Below are positions 51,226 to 60,677 of a DNA stretch of 64,000 nt, piece by piece; positions within the stretch are counted from its first letter, which is position 1, and each line of letters starts with the position of its first letter. The position numbers and the translations under genes are program-made. Source of the stretch: Phycisphaeraceae bacterium (GTDB lineage: Bacteria > Planctomycetota > Phycisphaerae > Phycisphaerales > Phycisphaeraceae). The notes under the pieces were generated by a model. That model was not told the origin of the DNA. It searched no databases and was given only the letters and a program-made list of their open reading frames with translations. The stretch is taken from positions 416,001 to 480,000 of the forward strand of contig OY771506.1 of the NCBI GenBank assembly GCA_963674705.1. Direction: 5' to 3'.

Positions 51226-52368
51226 TTGGCGGTTGATTTGAAGACCAGCGACGACAAACAAAACCAGCCCCGCCCCCGAGTGACCAAGCCCAGGCGTGCG
51301 CCCAAGTCGCGCGTGACGATCCGTGATGTGGCGGTCGAGGCGGGCGTGAGTATCGGTGCGGTGTCGGACATCATTAACCGGGGCCTGTCACATAATTACG
51401 CGGCCGCGACGCAGGACCGTGTGCGTGCGGCGATGGATCAACTGGGGTATCGGCCGGACCGTGCGGCGCAGGCGCTTAGGCGTGGCCGAACGGATACAGT
51501 CGGCGTGATGCTGTCGCGCGGTTTGGAGAACCCGTACTACGGCCGGCTGTTCCACGAGATCCAGGTGGCGCTTGAGCGGTACAAGCTCAGTTCCGAATTG
51601 ATGGTGTACCCGGCGCAGGAATCGAAAGACTCGCGCCGCGGCGCCGATTGGCTTATCGGCAAGGGCGTAGACGCTTTAATCGTCGGGCCTTTGTATTACT
51701 GGGATGAGCATATCCTCGAGGATTTACGGTCATTGAAAGGCGGCGCGTGTCCGATCGTGACGTTCGGCGCGGTGCGTGATGAAGCGGGGATGCATCATAT
51801 TCTGTTTGAAGATGAGAGTTGCGGGCGGATGGGCGCGGAGTATTTGATCGGTAACGGTCACAAGCGGATCGCGTACCTGGGCGCCTATTCCGCGGCCGAA
51901 GCCGGCAAGGGCAGGGGAACGGTGCAGGAAGGCGTGGAGCGCGTGCTTAAAGCCAATGCCCTGCTCGACCGCGACTGGTTCATCGAAGGGCCCGACCACG
52001 GGCGGTTTGATGAGTGCAAGATGATGGCGGAGAAGTTCGCGGGATTGTGGCTGGACACGGACCCGGCCGACCGCCCCACTGCCGTGATGTGCAAGAACGA
52101 CCAGATGGCGATCACGGCCCTGGCGATCTTTTACGAGTTCGGGATCAAGGTGCCGGAGCAATTGTCGGTGATCGGCTACGACAACGTGCCGGAGAGCGAG
52201 TTTATCGTGCCGTCGCTGACGACGATCGACAACGCGATCAGCGCGCGGGTGGCGAGCGTGGCGGGCCAGGTAGCGAAACTACTTAGTATAAAAGAAGTTG
52301 CATCATGGAAAGCGCCTGCGATCGCGCCATCGTTAATCGCCAGGCGATCGGTGAAGCAGTGTGTTTGA
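51226..52368 (+). CDS. LacI family transcriptional regulator
   Basis: VTIRDVAVEAGVSIGAVSDIIN, LGYRP, VPEQLSVIGYDN, PSLTT. Confidence 0.94.
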   Translation: MAVDLKTSDDKQNQPRPRVTKPRRAPKSRVTIRDVAVEAGVSIGAVSDIINRGLSHNYAAATQDRVRAAMDQLGYRPDRAAQALRRGRTDTVGVMLSRGLENPYYGRLFHEIQVALERYKLSSELMVYPAQESKDSRRGADWLIGKGVDALIVGPLYYWDEHILEDLRSLKGGACPIVTFGAVRDEAGMHHILFEDESCGRMGAEYLIGNGHKRIAYLGAYSAAEAGKGRGTVQEGVERVLKANALLDRDWFIEGPDHGRFDECKMMAEKFAGLWLDTDPADRPTAVMCKNDQMAITALAIFYEFGIKVPEQLSVIGYDNVPESEFIVPSLTTIDNAISARVASVAGQVAKLLSIKEVASWKAPAIAPSLIARRSVKQCV

Positions 52369-52424
52369 GGAACCGGAGTGAGTCCTGGGAAGGTCCGGGG
52401 AGAAGTGAATTTATCATTTTTTGA

Positions 52425-52536
52425 TTGACAGAGATGGGAGAATCGTTAAGATTTAAGCAGTTTGAAACGTTCAATCAACACTTGGCGGAGTCTAGGTTGT
52501 GCTTCTAAGCCCGACCGCTCAAATCGAAACGTTCAA
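52425..52536 (+). promoter_or_regulatory. Sigma70 promoter with two candidate LacI operators
   Basis: TTGACA-N16-TAAGAT (52425-52452), then TTGAAACGTTCAA (52462) and TCGAAACGTTCAA (52524). Confidence 0.7.
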
Positions 52537-52660
52537 ATCAGCGGTTGAAAACCGCACACAGATATACCGCCGCCCGACGGGATTCGGGCAAGACTATATA
52601 AGTCACTTCGACAGCTTCACAGCGTTGGATTCTTCAACAACACCAAGAGGAGGAATGAGA

Positions 52661-53392
52661 ATGGACGGAGTAAGGAGAAAGTTGTGCGTGGCCGCCGTAG
52701 CCATGTTCGGCTGCGCGGCGATGGCGAGCGGGGCGACGTTTACCGAAGGCAATCAGGTCGGCTGGACCTGGAGCGACATCCAGGGCCAGACGTTCGGCGC
52801 GGGCATTGAGCCGGTGGCTGATCCGGGCTTGGCTGCAGGTGATCCGGTGTACCTGACCAGCTTTGAGCTGACCCGCAGCGGCGCCGGCTACGGCGATCCG
52901 GATGCGGATGTGTACCTGGCGATCATGCCCGCCGCGTTCTATGACTGGAACAGTGCCCCCACGACCGGCGACGCTGTCGGCATCTCGGAAAATTCATACA
53001 ACCCCTCGACGGTTGCTGAGAACACCGTGATGGCGTTCACGTTCGATACGGGTCTTGAGCTTGCGTATGACGGCGTGTACTCGGCGGTGTACGTCACGAT
53101 CAGCGGCGGCGCGTTGACGCCGGTGACGGTCGGCTCGTTGATCGCCGACTGGAATGAAGTCTCGCCGGGCGTGTGGATGCCCGATCCGAATTACGGCGGC
53201 ACGAACAACTGGGACGCGGTTGTGCTGTACGCCGACTATGACGGCAACGGTTATCAGGAAGGCGGCTCCATGGCCAGCGACGCGAACTTCCTGGCAAGCT
53301 TCTCAACGGAACCCATTCCGGAACCGGCATCGGCGGCGCTACTGCTGGGTGGCACGGCGGTACTGGTATCGGCACGCAAACGTCGCAGTTAA
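52661..53392 (+). CDS. PEP-CTERM surface protein, no dockerin
   Basis: GAGGAGG RBS, signal peptide, IPEP+TM+RKRR. Confidence 0.85.
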   Translation: MDGVRRKLCVAAVAMFGCAAMASGATFTEGNQVGWTWSDIQGQTFGAGIEPVADPGLAAGDPVYLTSFELTRSGAGYGDPDADVYLAIMPAAFYDWNSAPTTGDAVGISENSYNPSTVAENTVMAFTFDTGLELAYDGVYSAVYVTISGGALTPVTVGSLIADWNEVSPGVWMPDPNYGGTNNWDAVVLYADYDGNGYQEGGSMASDANFLASFSTEPIPEPASAALLLGGTAVLVSARKRRS

Positions 53393-53412
53393 TGCGCGTA
53401 AATCCTCCCTGT

Positions 53413-53440
53413 CTGCCCGTGTGTTAAAGCACGCGGGCAG
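53413..53440 (+). terminator. Intergenic stem-loop (terminator or mRNA stabiliser)
   Basis: CTGCCCGTGTG-TTAAAG-CACGCGGGCAG hairpin with only a weak U tail. Confidence 0.45.
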
Positions 53441-53497
53441 GCCTTTCCCGGCCGATTGGCCGGATGCAGAGCGGCACAAAAAAGGAGCAAGGATAAC

Positions 53498-54445
53498 ATG
53501 GCAACGAGCAAGACAAACAAGCTGTTGGGGGCTGCCGTCGCGATCGCAGGTTTAGCGTCGCTTTCGGCGACAAGCGGTTTTGCCCAGACCTTTACGGAAG
53601 GGAACATCGCGGGTACGACATGGTCGGACGTTTGGGGCCAGGGATTTGTGGTCGGTCTGGAAGCGACTCCTGATCCGGGTCTGACTGAAGGCGACGAGGT
53701 AACGCTGGTTGACTTCACGAGCTACCGCGCCGGCGCGGGCTTCGGCGATCCGGATGCGGATGTGTACCTAGTGATCACGGAAGGGACGTTCTTCGATTGG
53801 AACGGTGAGTTGGATGACTGGACGCCGACCACCGCGGACCTGGTCGCGGTCTCAACCAACTCATTTAATCCGTCGACGCTCGCAGCGAATGATGCGATGA
53901 CGTACACGTTCGACTCCAGTGCGGTTCTGCTGGCGGGCAGCAACTACGGCGCTGTGTATGCGACGATCGACGAGAATGACATGGTCACGCCGGTGCAGGT
54001 AGGCAGCATCATCGGCGACTGGTATGAAGATGAACTGCTGGGCATCTGGTTACCCGTGCAGAACCACGGCGACCAGGAATTATTCGAAGCCAGCGCGCTG
54101 TTTGCTGACTGGGACGGCGAAGGAAGTCTGGACGGCTGCCAACTCGGTTGCGACATCAGCTTCCTGGCAACATTCTCGGTCGGCGCCGGTTTGGAAGGTG
54201 ACCTGAATGGCGACGGGTTTGTTGGTCTGGATGACCTTGACATCATCCTCACCGCGTGGAACCAGAGCGTGACGGCGGGCAGCGAGCCCGATCCTTCGGG
54301 CGACGGATTTGTCGGGCTGGATGATCTGGACCTGGTATTGAATAACTGGAACGCGGGCACGGCTCCGGCCGCGGCGGTGGTGCCTGAACCGGCGACACTC
54401 GGGCTCTTGAGTCTGGGTGGGTTGGCGCTACTGCGTCGCAAGTAA
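53498..54445 (+). CDS. PEP-CTERM surface protein with double dockerin-like tail
   Basis: Paralog of 52661-53392 (TFTEGN..TWSD..GQ; GDPDADVYL); two GDGFVGLDDLD; VPEP. Confidence 0.85.
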   Translation: MATSKTNKLLGAAVAIAGLASLSATSGFAQTFTEGNIAGTTWSDVWGQGFVVGLEATPDPGLTEGDEVTLVDFTSYRAGAGFGDPDADVYLVITEGTFFDWNGELDDWTPTTADLVAVSTNSFNPSTLAANDAMTYTFDSSAVLLAGSNYGAVYATIDENDMVTPVQVGSIIGDWYEDELLGIWLPVQNHGDQELFEASALFADWDGEGSLDGCQLGCDISFLATFSVGAGLEGDLNGDGFVGLDDLDIILTAWNQSVTAGSEPDPSGDGFVGLDDLDLVLNNWNAGTAPAAAVVPEPATLGLLSLGGLALLRRK

Positions 54446-54558
54446 AGAAGACCGATGCGGCTCACGGCTTAACGGTCGTGGGCCGTCTTAAACCAACCAA
54501 GATGCTGACAGCGCCGCTTCTCCCACGGCGCGGGCGATCTAACCAGAACGGAACCCGT

Positions 54559-55401
54559 ATGAAACAGACACGACACACAACTTGTAGCCGGGCGTTCACG
54601 CTGATTGAACTGCTGGTGGTGATATCGATCATCGCGCTGCTGGTGGGGATATTGCTGCCGGCGTTGGGTGCGGCTCGGCGTTCTGCACAGAAGGCGGTGT
54701 GCCTGTCAAACGAACGGCAGTTAGGTGTGGCGGTGTTCACGTATGCAACCGCGAACGATCAGTATGTGCCGTTGGGCTATTCGGGGAGTCTGGACTTCAG
54801 TTACTTCCTCTACTCGCAGTTCTACGATAACAATGCACCGTGGGGCACGTTGTATTTTTCGGATGACTCGATCCAGACGCGTGATGTATGGTTATGCCCG
54901 TCAGCAAGTGGTCCGGAATGGCTGAATGAACACATCGAAAATTCGGTGTTCCCTGTGCCGAAGGCGGGTGATAATGAAACGTTGGATACGGCCTCTCATT
55001 ACGCGAGCCGGCCGTTCCGGTATGCAAATATCGACCCGAAGCCGGATACCTACTGGAACTACGATCCGGCACTTACCAAACATAAAGTCGCCAACATGGA
55101 CAAGGACGACATCGGTTCATCGGTAGCGATCATTGCCGACATGTTCGCGGGGCCGGACCTGATCAAGGCGAGACACGAAAAGAGCATCAACGTCACCTAT
55201 GGTGACGGCAGTTCGGAGTCGTTTGATCTCTATCAGAAGAATGATCTGGATTTAACTGAAGTCCACAATTCAGACGTTTCACAAATAGCCGACCGTTCTT
55301 TAGGTGAAGTACTCGACCTCTACTTGAGCTTGCCGCCTGAGTTACCGATTGCCGCACGTAATGTGATCGCGCGTCGTGGCTGGCCTTTGATCGATCGGTA
55401 A
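54559..55401 (+). CDS. Prepilin-type N-terminal / DUF1559-like protein
   Basis: AFTLIELLVVISIIALLVGILLPALGAARRSAQ; RH..INVTYGDG. Confidence 0.9.
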   Translation: MKQTRHTTCSRAFTLIELLVVISIIALLVGILLPALGAARRSAQKAVCLSNERQLGVAVFTYATANDQYVPLGYSGSLDFSYFLYSQFYDNNAPWGTLYFSDDSIQTRDVWLCPSASGPEWLNEHIENSVFPVPKAGDNETLDTASHYASRPFRYANIDPKPDTYWNYDPALTKHKVANMDKDDIGSSVAIIADMFAGPDLIKARHEKSINVTYGDGSSESFDLYQKNDLDLTEVHNSDVSQIADRSLGEVLDLYLSLPPELPIAARNVIARRGWPLIDR

Positions 55402-55424
55402 CTAGTGGATAGCAGGAGAAGCAG

Positions 55425-55459
55425 TTAGCCACGGATGAACACGGATTAACACAGATGAA
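55425..55459. repeat. Short tandem repeat (CACGGATGAA-type)
   Basis: TTAGC-CACGGATGAA-CACGGATTAA-CACAGATGAA; degenerate copy at 59130-59159. Confidence 0.55.
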
Positions 55460-55633
55460 GAACGTCTCAATTGAGTTCACTGAATCTGTTTGCAACGGGT
55501 GCCACGTTTTGACCGCGCAGCGGCAAAGCGTGCCTTACCGATACACACTTTGCCCTTCGGGTCAAAGTGTGGCACCCAAAGCGACTGTCTAAAAGTGGGG
55601 ATGGATATATCCAAGCATTGTGGGAGTCGGAGG

Positions 55634-57097
55634 ATGATGGATAGACAACGCGTGAGTAAGGGCCTGTCGGTTGGGAAGTATTCACGACGGGCAGGGTTAT
55701 TCATCACGACGGCTGCGGTTTGCGCGTTGACGGTGTCAATCGCGAGTGCGGATACCACCGAATACTACGTCGGCGCATCCATGAACTTTGCTTCCTACCT
55801 GCAGGACAAAGGCATCGTTTATAAAGAGAACGGAGTGGCGACCGATCCGTATGCGAGCATCGCCAATCACGGCGGGAATATCGTGCGGCTGGAGCATGTG
55901 TTCGGGCCTTACGAGAACTCCTATACAAACGGTTACGGCCCGGTGGACTGGGGCGAGTGGAACCGGGTGAAGAACGATGTGGCGACGGCTAACTCGTATG
56001 ATTTGGATGTGTTCTTGACGCTGACGTTCAAGCCGCAGGCGTCGCATATCAATGCGGGCTCGTCGAATTACATCCCCGATGAGTGGGTGGGTTTGAGTGA
56101 CTACCAGCTCAAGCAGAACATTTATAACTCGACGTACAGCATGCTGGATGAGCTGGGAGCGGCGGGGACGCTGCCGGCGTTTGTGTCGATCGGCAACGAA
56201 GTGAACGGCATGTTCATGGAGAACCCGTATGGGTACAGCTACGATGCGCAGCGGATGACGGACATGATGAACGCGGGGTTCGACGCGGTGAAGGCTATCG
56301 CGGCGGCGTACAACACGGATATTCATGCGGCGGCGCACATCTTCGGGCCTGACAATATTGATTGGTGGCTGAACACGGCGGACTGGACGAACCTGAACGA
56401 CTTCGATACGGTCGCGCTGTCGTACTACCCGGACTGGCACAGCTTCAACGACTTCGGCGGCGATTGGGGGACGCTGGCGCAGTGGGCGAAGAATACCTAC
56501 GGCAAGAACGTGTTTGTGCTGGAGACGGCGCAGTCGTGGACGAACGGGTTCAGCGACAGCAAGAACAACGTGTATACGTACAACCCGTACCCGGGCCAGT
56601 CGCTTTCGCCGGCAACGCAACGGCAGTTCCTGGCGGACATGGCGCAGGAGTTGATCGACGGCGGCGGGCTTGGTGTGATCACGTGGGGCACGGAATGGGT
56701 CGGGTCGGAAGGCGTGCTTGCGTATGCCGATCAATGGGGCGACGGTTCGAGCTGGGAGAACAATACGTACTGGGACTTCGACAACAACCTGCACGACGGC
56801 ATCAACTGGATGGCGGACATCCAGGACCTGTACGGACCCGACGAGATCGAGGGCGACCTGGATGGTGATGGGTTTGTGGGCTTGGATGATCTGGATATCG
56901 TGCTTGGCAGTTGGAACCAGAGCGTGACAGCGGGCAGCTCGCCTGATCCGACGGGTGATGGGTTTGTCGGGCTGGACGATTTGGACGTGGTGCTGGGTAA
57001 TTGGAACGCGGGGACGCCGGCAAGCGCTGTGATCCCCGAGCCGATGGGGCCGGTTGTATTCGGTTTATTTGCACCGATGCTGTTAAAGCGTCGGTGA
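55634..57097 (+). CDS. Surface GH53-like galactanase with double dockerin-like tail and PEP-CTERM
   Basis: Signal peptide; SIGNEV, ALSYYP, VLET, SSWENN; IPEP tail. Confidence 0.82.
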   Translation: MMDRQRVSKGLSVGKYSRRAGLFITTAAVCALTVSIASADTTEYYVGASMNFASYLQDKGIVYKENGVATDPYASIANHGGNIVRLEHVFGPYENSYTNGYGPVDWGEWNRVKNDVATANSYDLDVFLTLTFKPQASHINAGSSNYIPDEWVGLSDYQLKQNIYNSTYSMLDELGAAGTLPAFVSIGNEVNGMFMENPYGYSYDAQRMTDMMNAGFDAVKAIAAAYNTDIHAAAHIFGPDNIDWWLNTADWTNLNDFDTVALSYYPDWHSFNDFGGDWGTLAQWAKNTYGKNVFVLETAQSWTNGFSDSKNNVYTYNPYPGQSLSPATQRQFLADMAQELIDGGGLGVITWGTEWVGSEGVLAYADQWGDGSSWENNTYWDFDNNLHDGINWMADIQDLYGPDEIEGDLDGDGFVGLDDLDIVLGSWNQSVTAGSSPDPTGDGFVGLDDLDVVLGNWNAGTPASAVIPEPMGPVVFGLFAPMLLKRR

Positions 57098-57300
57098 CGC
57101 GTCTACACTTCGGTTTGTATGCGCAATCGGTTGATTTAACTGCGCAATCCGATAAAAATGGTGGTGCGGCGCGCTGCTTAAGCGATAGCAGTCGTTATAT
57201 TCATGGTGTAACATATCACTCACCATGTGTTATCGTTTGGGTGCGGCAGGGTTAAACAAACATATCGTTTTGAGATGAATACTTCACTTGGAAACTGAAC

Positions 57301-59091
57301 ATGCTTGACAGTTCAATGGACGTGTTGTTGCCGGTGCTTGCTCAAGAAAGCGCGAATCTGGCCGGCTTCGACTGGTTGATCATCGGATTGTACTTTGTTC
57401 TGCTGGTCGGGATTGTCTGGTGGTCGAGCAAGAAACAGGACACGACGGCGGATTACTTCCTGGCTGGGCGTAACGTCGGGTGGTTCGTGATCGGTGCGTC
57501 GTTGTTTGCATCGAATATTGGTTCAGAGCACGTGGTGGGTCTTGCCGGGCAGGGTGCGGTATCGGGTATGGCGATGGCGCACTACGAGCTGCACGCGTGG
57601 ATCATGATCATGCTGGCCTGGTTGTTCGTGCCGTTCTATTACAGGACGGGTGTGTACACGATCCCCGAGTTTCTGGAGAAGCGCTTCGGGCCGACGGCGC
57701 GGTGGATCCTGTCGCTGGTGTCGCTGATTGCTTACATCTTCACGAAGGTGTCGGTAACGGTGTACGCCGGTGCGGTGGTATTTTCGGCGTTACTGCCGAA
57801 CACGTTTGGGAATGTCGCGGAATCCATCAATCAGATGCTGAGCCTGACGGGCGACGCCGCGTGGACCGGCGGGGATGCGGCGTTCTGGATCGGCGCGATC
57901 CTGACCGTGGTGCTGACGGGTATCTACACCGTCTTCGGCGGGCTGCGCGCGGTGCTCTACACCGACACGGTGCAGGCGATCCTGCTGTTGATCGGTTCGG
58001 TGTGCATCACGACGATCGGGCTGAAACATCTGGGTGGGTGGGGTGAGTTGCAATCGATGGCGAAGGAGAATGCGGATGCGTTTTCGTTGTGGCGGCCTTG
58101 GGATGATCCGGAATTCCCGTGGCTGGGCATCTTGATCGGTTCGCCGATCGTCGGGATCTGGTACTGGTGTACGGATCAATACATCGTGCAGCGGACGCTG
58201 TCGGCAAAGAACCTGCGTAACGCGCGGCGCGGCGCGCTGTGGGGCGGCGTGCTGAAGGTCTGGCCCGTGCTGATCTTCATCATCCCGGGCATGATCGGCT
58301 GGGCGCTGCACACCAAGGGGATCATCCAGATCCCGTTGAAGGCAGACGGCGGGCTGGACGGGGACAAGGTGTTCCCGACGCTGGTGATGTCGCTGCTGCC
58401 GACGGGGCTGCGCGGGCTGGTGGTGGCGGGCCTGCTGGCGGCGTTGATGAGTTCGCTGTCGTCGTTGTTCAATTCCTCGGCGTCGCTGTTCACGGTGGAC
58501 GTATATGAGAAGCTGCGGCCGAATATGCCGGAGCGGCACCTGGTGCGTGTGGGGCGGATTGCGACGTTGATCGTGGTGCTGGCGGGGCTGGCGTGGATCC
58601 CGGTGATGAAGCTTGTCGACGACGGCGGGTTGTATCAGTACCTGCAATCGGTGCAGGCGTATCTCGCCCCGCCGATCACGGCGGTGTTCCTGCTGGGTCT
58701 ACTGTGGCGCGGCACGACCAGCGCTGGTGCGGTCGCGGGGCTGTTGATCGGGTTTGCGATCGGGTTCAGCAAGACCATCGTGCAGGCGCTGTACGGGGCC
58801 TCAGAAGACAAGATCAACAGCCCGGAAGTTCTGGCTCAACTCGGTGACTTCAATTGGCTTTACTTCTCGTCGATCCTGTTTGGCATCTGCGTGGTGGTGA
58901 TCCTTGCGGTCAGTGCGGTGACACGACGTGCGGAAGAGGAGAAGATCGTCGGCCTAACCTGGGGCGGCGGTACCGAGGAGGACCGACGCGAGCTGCGCGA
59001 GAGCTGGGGCGCGTTTGATATCGTACTGACCGTACTGGTGATCGGGCTGGTGCTGGGGATGTATGGGTACTTCACGTTCTGGCTGATGTAG
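57301..59091 (+). CDS. Sodium:sugar symporter (SGLT-like)
   Basis: DYFLAGR, SLFASNIGSEH, WYWCTDQYIVQR, AALMSSLSS. Confidence 0.94.
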   Translation: MLDSSMDVLLPVLAQESANLAGFDWLIIGLYFVLLVGIVWWSSKKQDTTADYFLAGRNVGWFVIGASLFASNIGSEHVVGLAGQGAVSGMAMAHYELHAWIMIMLAWLFVPFYYRTGVYTIPEFLEKRFGPTARWILSLVSLIAYIFTKVSVTVYAGAVVFSALLPNTFGNVAESINQMLSLTGDAAWTGGDAAFWIGAILTVVLTGIYTVFGGLRAVLYTDTVQAILLLIGSVCITTIGLKHLGGWGELQSMAKENADAFSLWRPWDDPEFPWLGILIGSPIVGIWYWCTDQYIVQRTLSAKNLRNARRGALWGGVLKVWPVLIFIIPGMIGWALHTKGIIQIPLKADGGLDGDKVFPTLVMSLLPTGLRGLVVAGLLAALMSSLSSLFNSSASLFTVDVYEKLRPNMPERHLVRVGRIATLIVVLAGLAWIPVMKLVDDGGLYQYLQSVQAYLAPPITAVFLLGLLWRGTTSAGAVAGLLIGFAIGFSKTIVQALYGASEDKINSPEVLAQLGDFNWLYFSSILFGICVVVILAVSAVTRRAEEEKIVGLTWGGGTEEDRRELRESWGAFDIVLTVLVIGLVLGMYGYFTFWLM

Positions 59092-59167
59092 GCCAAATGA
59101 AGTCTCCTTAACCATCATGAAGTCGTGCTTTAGCCACAGATAAATATGGATAGCGCAGAATCCCAGT

Positions 59168-59282
59168 CCCTTTTCCCCTCGGGAGAAGGTTGGGATGAGG
59201 GGCGGATTGATTAGGCGCTCTTATTTAAAACTGTATACACAAGGTCACTGGCCCTCACCCCGGTTCTCCGGGGGGAAAGGGA
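59168..59282. repeat. Inverted pair of REP-like elements between convergent genes
   Basis: CCCTTTTCCCCTCGGGAGAAGG..GATGAGGGG and CCCTCACCCC..GGGGAAAGGGA. Confidence 0.6.
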
Positions 59283-59288
59283 GTGAGT

Positions 59289-60485
59289 TCAGGCTTCGAT
59301 CAGGTGGGCGCCCTGGGCGGGGCGGGTGACGAAAGGTGTTGCCTCGGTGCCGATCTGTTTCTTGTAGGCGTTGCAGATCGTATCGGCAATGGATTGGGCT
59401 TTATCGGCGCGGACGAGGTTGACGGTGCAGCCGCCGAAGCCGCCGCCGGTCATGCGTGCGCCTATGACGCCGCCGTCGCCTTTGAGTTCCGATGCGAGTT
59501 TAACGAGCAAATCGAGTTCAGGCGTGGAGACTTCGTACTTCACGCTCAGCGATTCGTGCGAAGCGAACATGGCTTCGCCTGCCTTTTCCAGGTTTTTCAA
59601 TGCCATCGCGTCGGCGAAGGCGAGTGTGCGCTCATCTTCATAGATGACGTGGTCGGCCCGCATGTATTGGACTTCGGAGAGCCTGCCCTTTGCGTCTTCG
59701 AGCATGGCGGGTGTTGCGTCGCGCAGTTGATTAACGCCGAGGATTTGCGCCGCCTGTTCGCATTGCGTGCGTCGTTCGGCGTATTCCCCGCCGGATAGTT
59801 CGTGTTTGACGTTCGAGTTGATGATGAGGATTGCGAGGCCTTCATCATCGAGCGGGACGTCGCGCGTGGAGTAGTCACGACAATCAATAAGCAAGGCGCA
59901 GCCTTCCTTGCCCATGGCGCTGATGAACTGGTCCATGATGCCGCAGGGCGTTCCGCCGTAGCGGTGTTCAGCCATCTGGCAGAGCATGGCCTTGTTGACG
60001 GGGTTGAAGCTGATCCCGCCTAGCGCTTCGAGCGCGGTCGCGGTGGCAAGTTCGATCGCGGCGGAGGATGAGAGCCCCCCACCGGCGGGAACGTTGGAAT
60101 CGAGCATCAGGTCGAAGCCGGTCGGCGTGTAGCTGAAGGCGACGACGCCGCGCAGGTAGCGGGACCAGTCGGGGTCGCCCAGGCCGATCGGCGCGGTGTG
60201 GATGGTTTCGCCGTTGATATCGACGGGCAGTTCGGCTTCGCCGGGTAGTGCCGTGGAGCGCATGTGCGCGATCTTGTCGGTGCGTGGGCGGAGCATGACG
60301 ACGCTCTGGCGTTCGATAGCCATGGGCAGGACGAACCCGCCGTTGTAGTCGGTGTGTTCGCCGATAAGATTGACGCGCCCCGGCGCGACGGCGGCGATGG
60401 TCGGTTCAGCACCAAAAGCCTCCTGAAAGGCTTTTCGCGTGGCGTCGATCTGGTCCTGCAACTGCTGGGCGTGTGTGTCTGGCAT
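59289..60485 (-). CDS. galK: Galactokinase
   Basis: APGRVNLIGEHTDYN, PAGGGLSSSAA, CGIMDQ, GARMTGGGFGG. Confidence 0.97.
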   Translation of the reverse strand: MPDTHAQQLQDQIDATRKAFQEAFGAEPTIAAVAPGRVNLIGEHTDYNGGFVLPMAIERQSVVMLRPRTDKIAHMRSTALPGEAELPVDINGETIHTAPIGLGDPDWSRYLRGVVAFSYTPTGFDLMLDSNVPAGGGLSSSAAIELATATALEALGGISFNPVNKAMLCQMAEHRYGGTPCGIMDQFISAMGKEGCALLIDCRDYSTRDVPLDDEGLAILIINSNVKHELSGGEYAERRTQCEQAAQILGVNQLRDATPAMLEDAKGRLSEVQYMRADHVIYEDERTLAFADAMALKNLEKAGEAMFASHESLSVKYEVSTPELDLLVKLASELKGDGGVIGARMTGGGFGGCTVNLVRADKAQSIADTICNAYKKQIGTEATPFVTRPAQGAHLIEA

Positions 60486-60677
60486 AGCCGCACATCTTAG
60501 CGAAATCCTGCCAGCGATTGACCGGGAAGAGATTCAAAAGTCCGCGAAGCAAACCGGCCGATGCAATTATCAGTTGCATGACTTAACCCCAAATTGCCCG
60601 ACTTACCGTAAGTGATGGAATAAGGTAAAGTACGGATAATCTTGGAGGACGAATACACCCCAATCTCGGGAGGTGTG

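Noticed and set aside
55425..55459. CRISPR array or DGR repeats
   Set aside because: Only three 10-nt tandem units without spacers; no cas or reverse transcriptase gene anywhere in the window.
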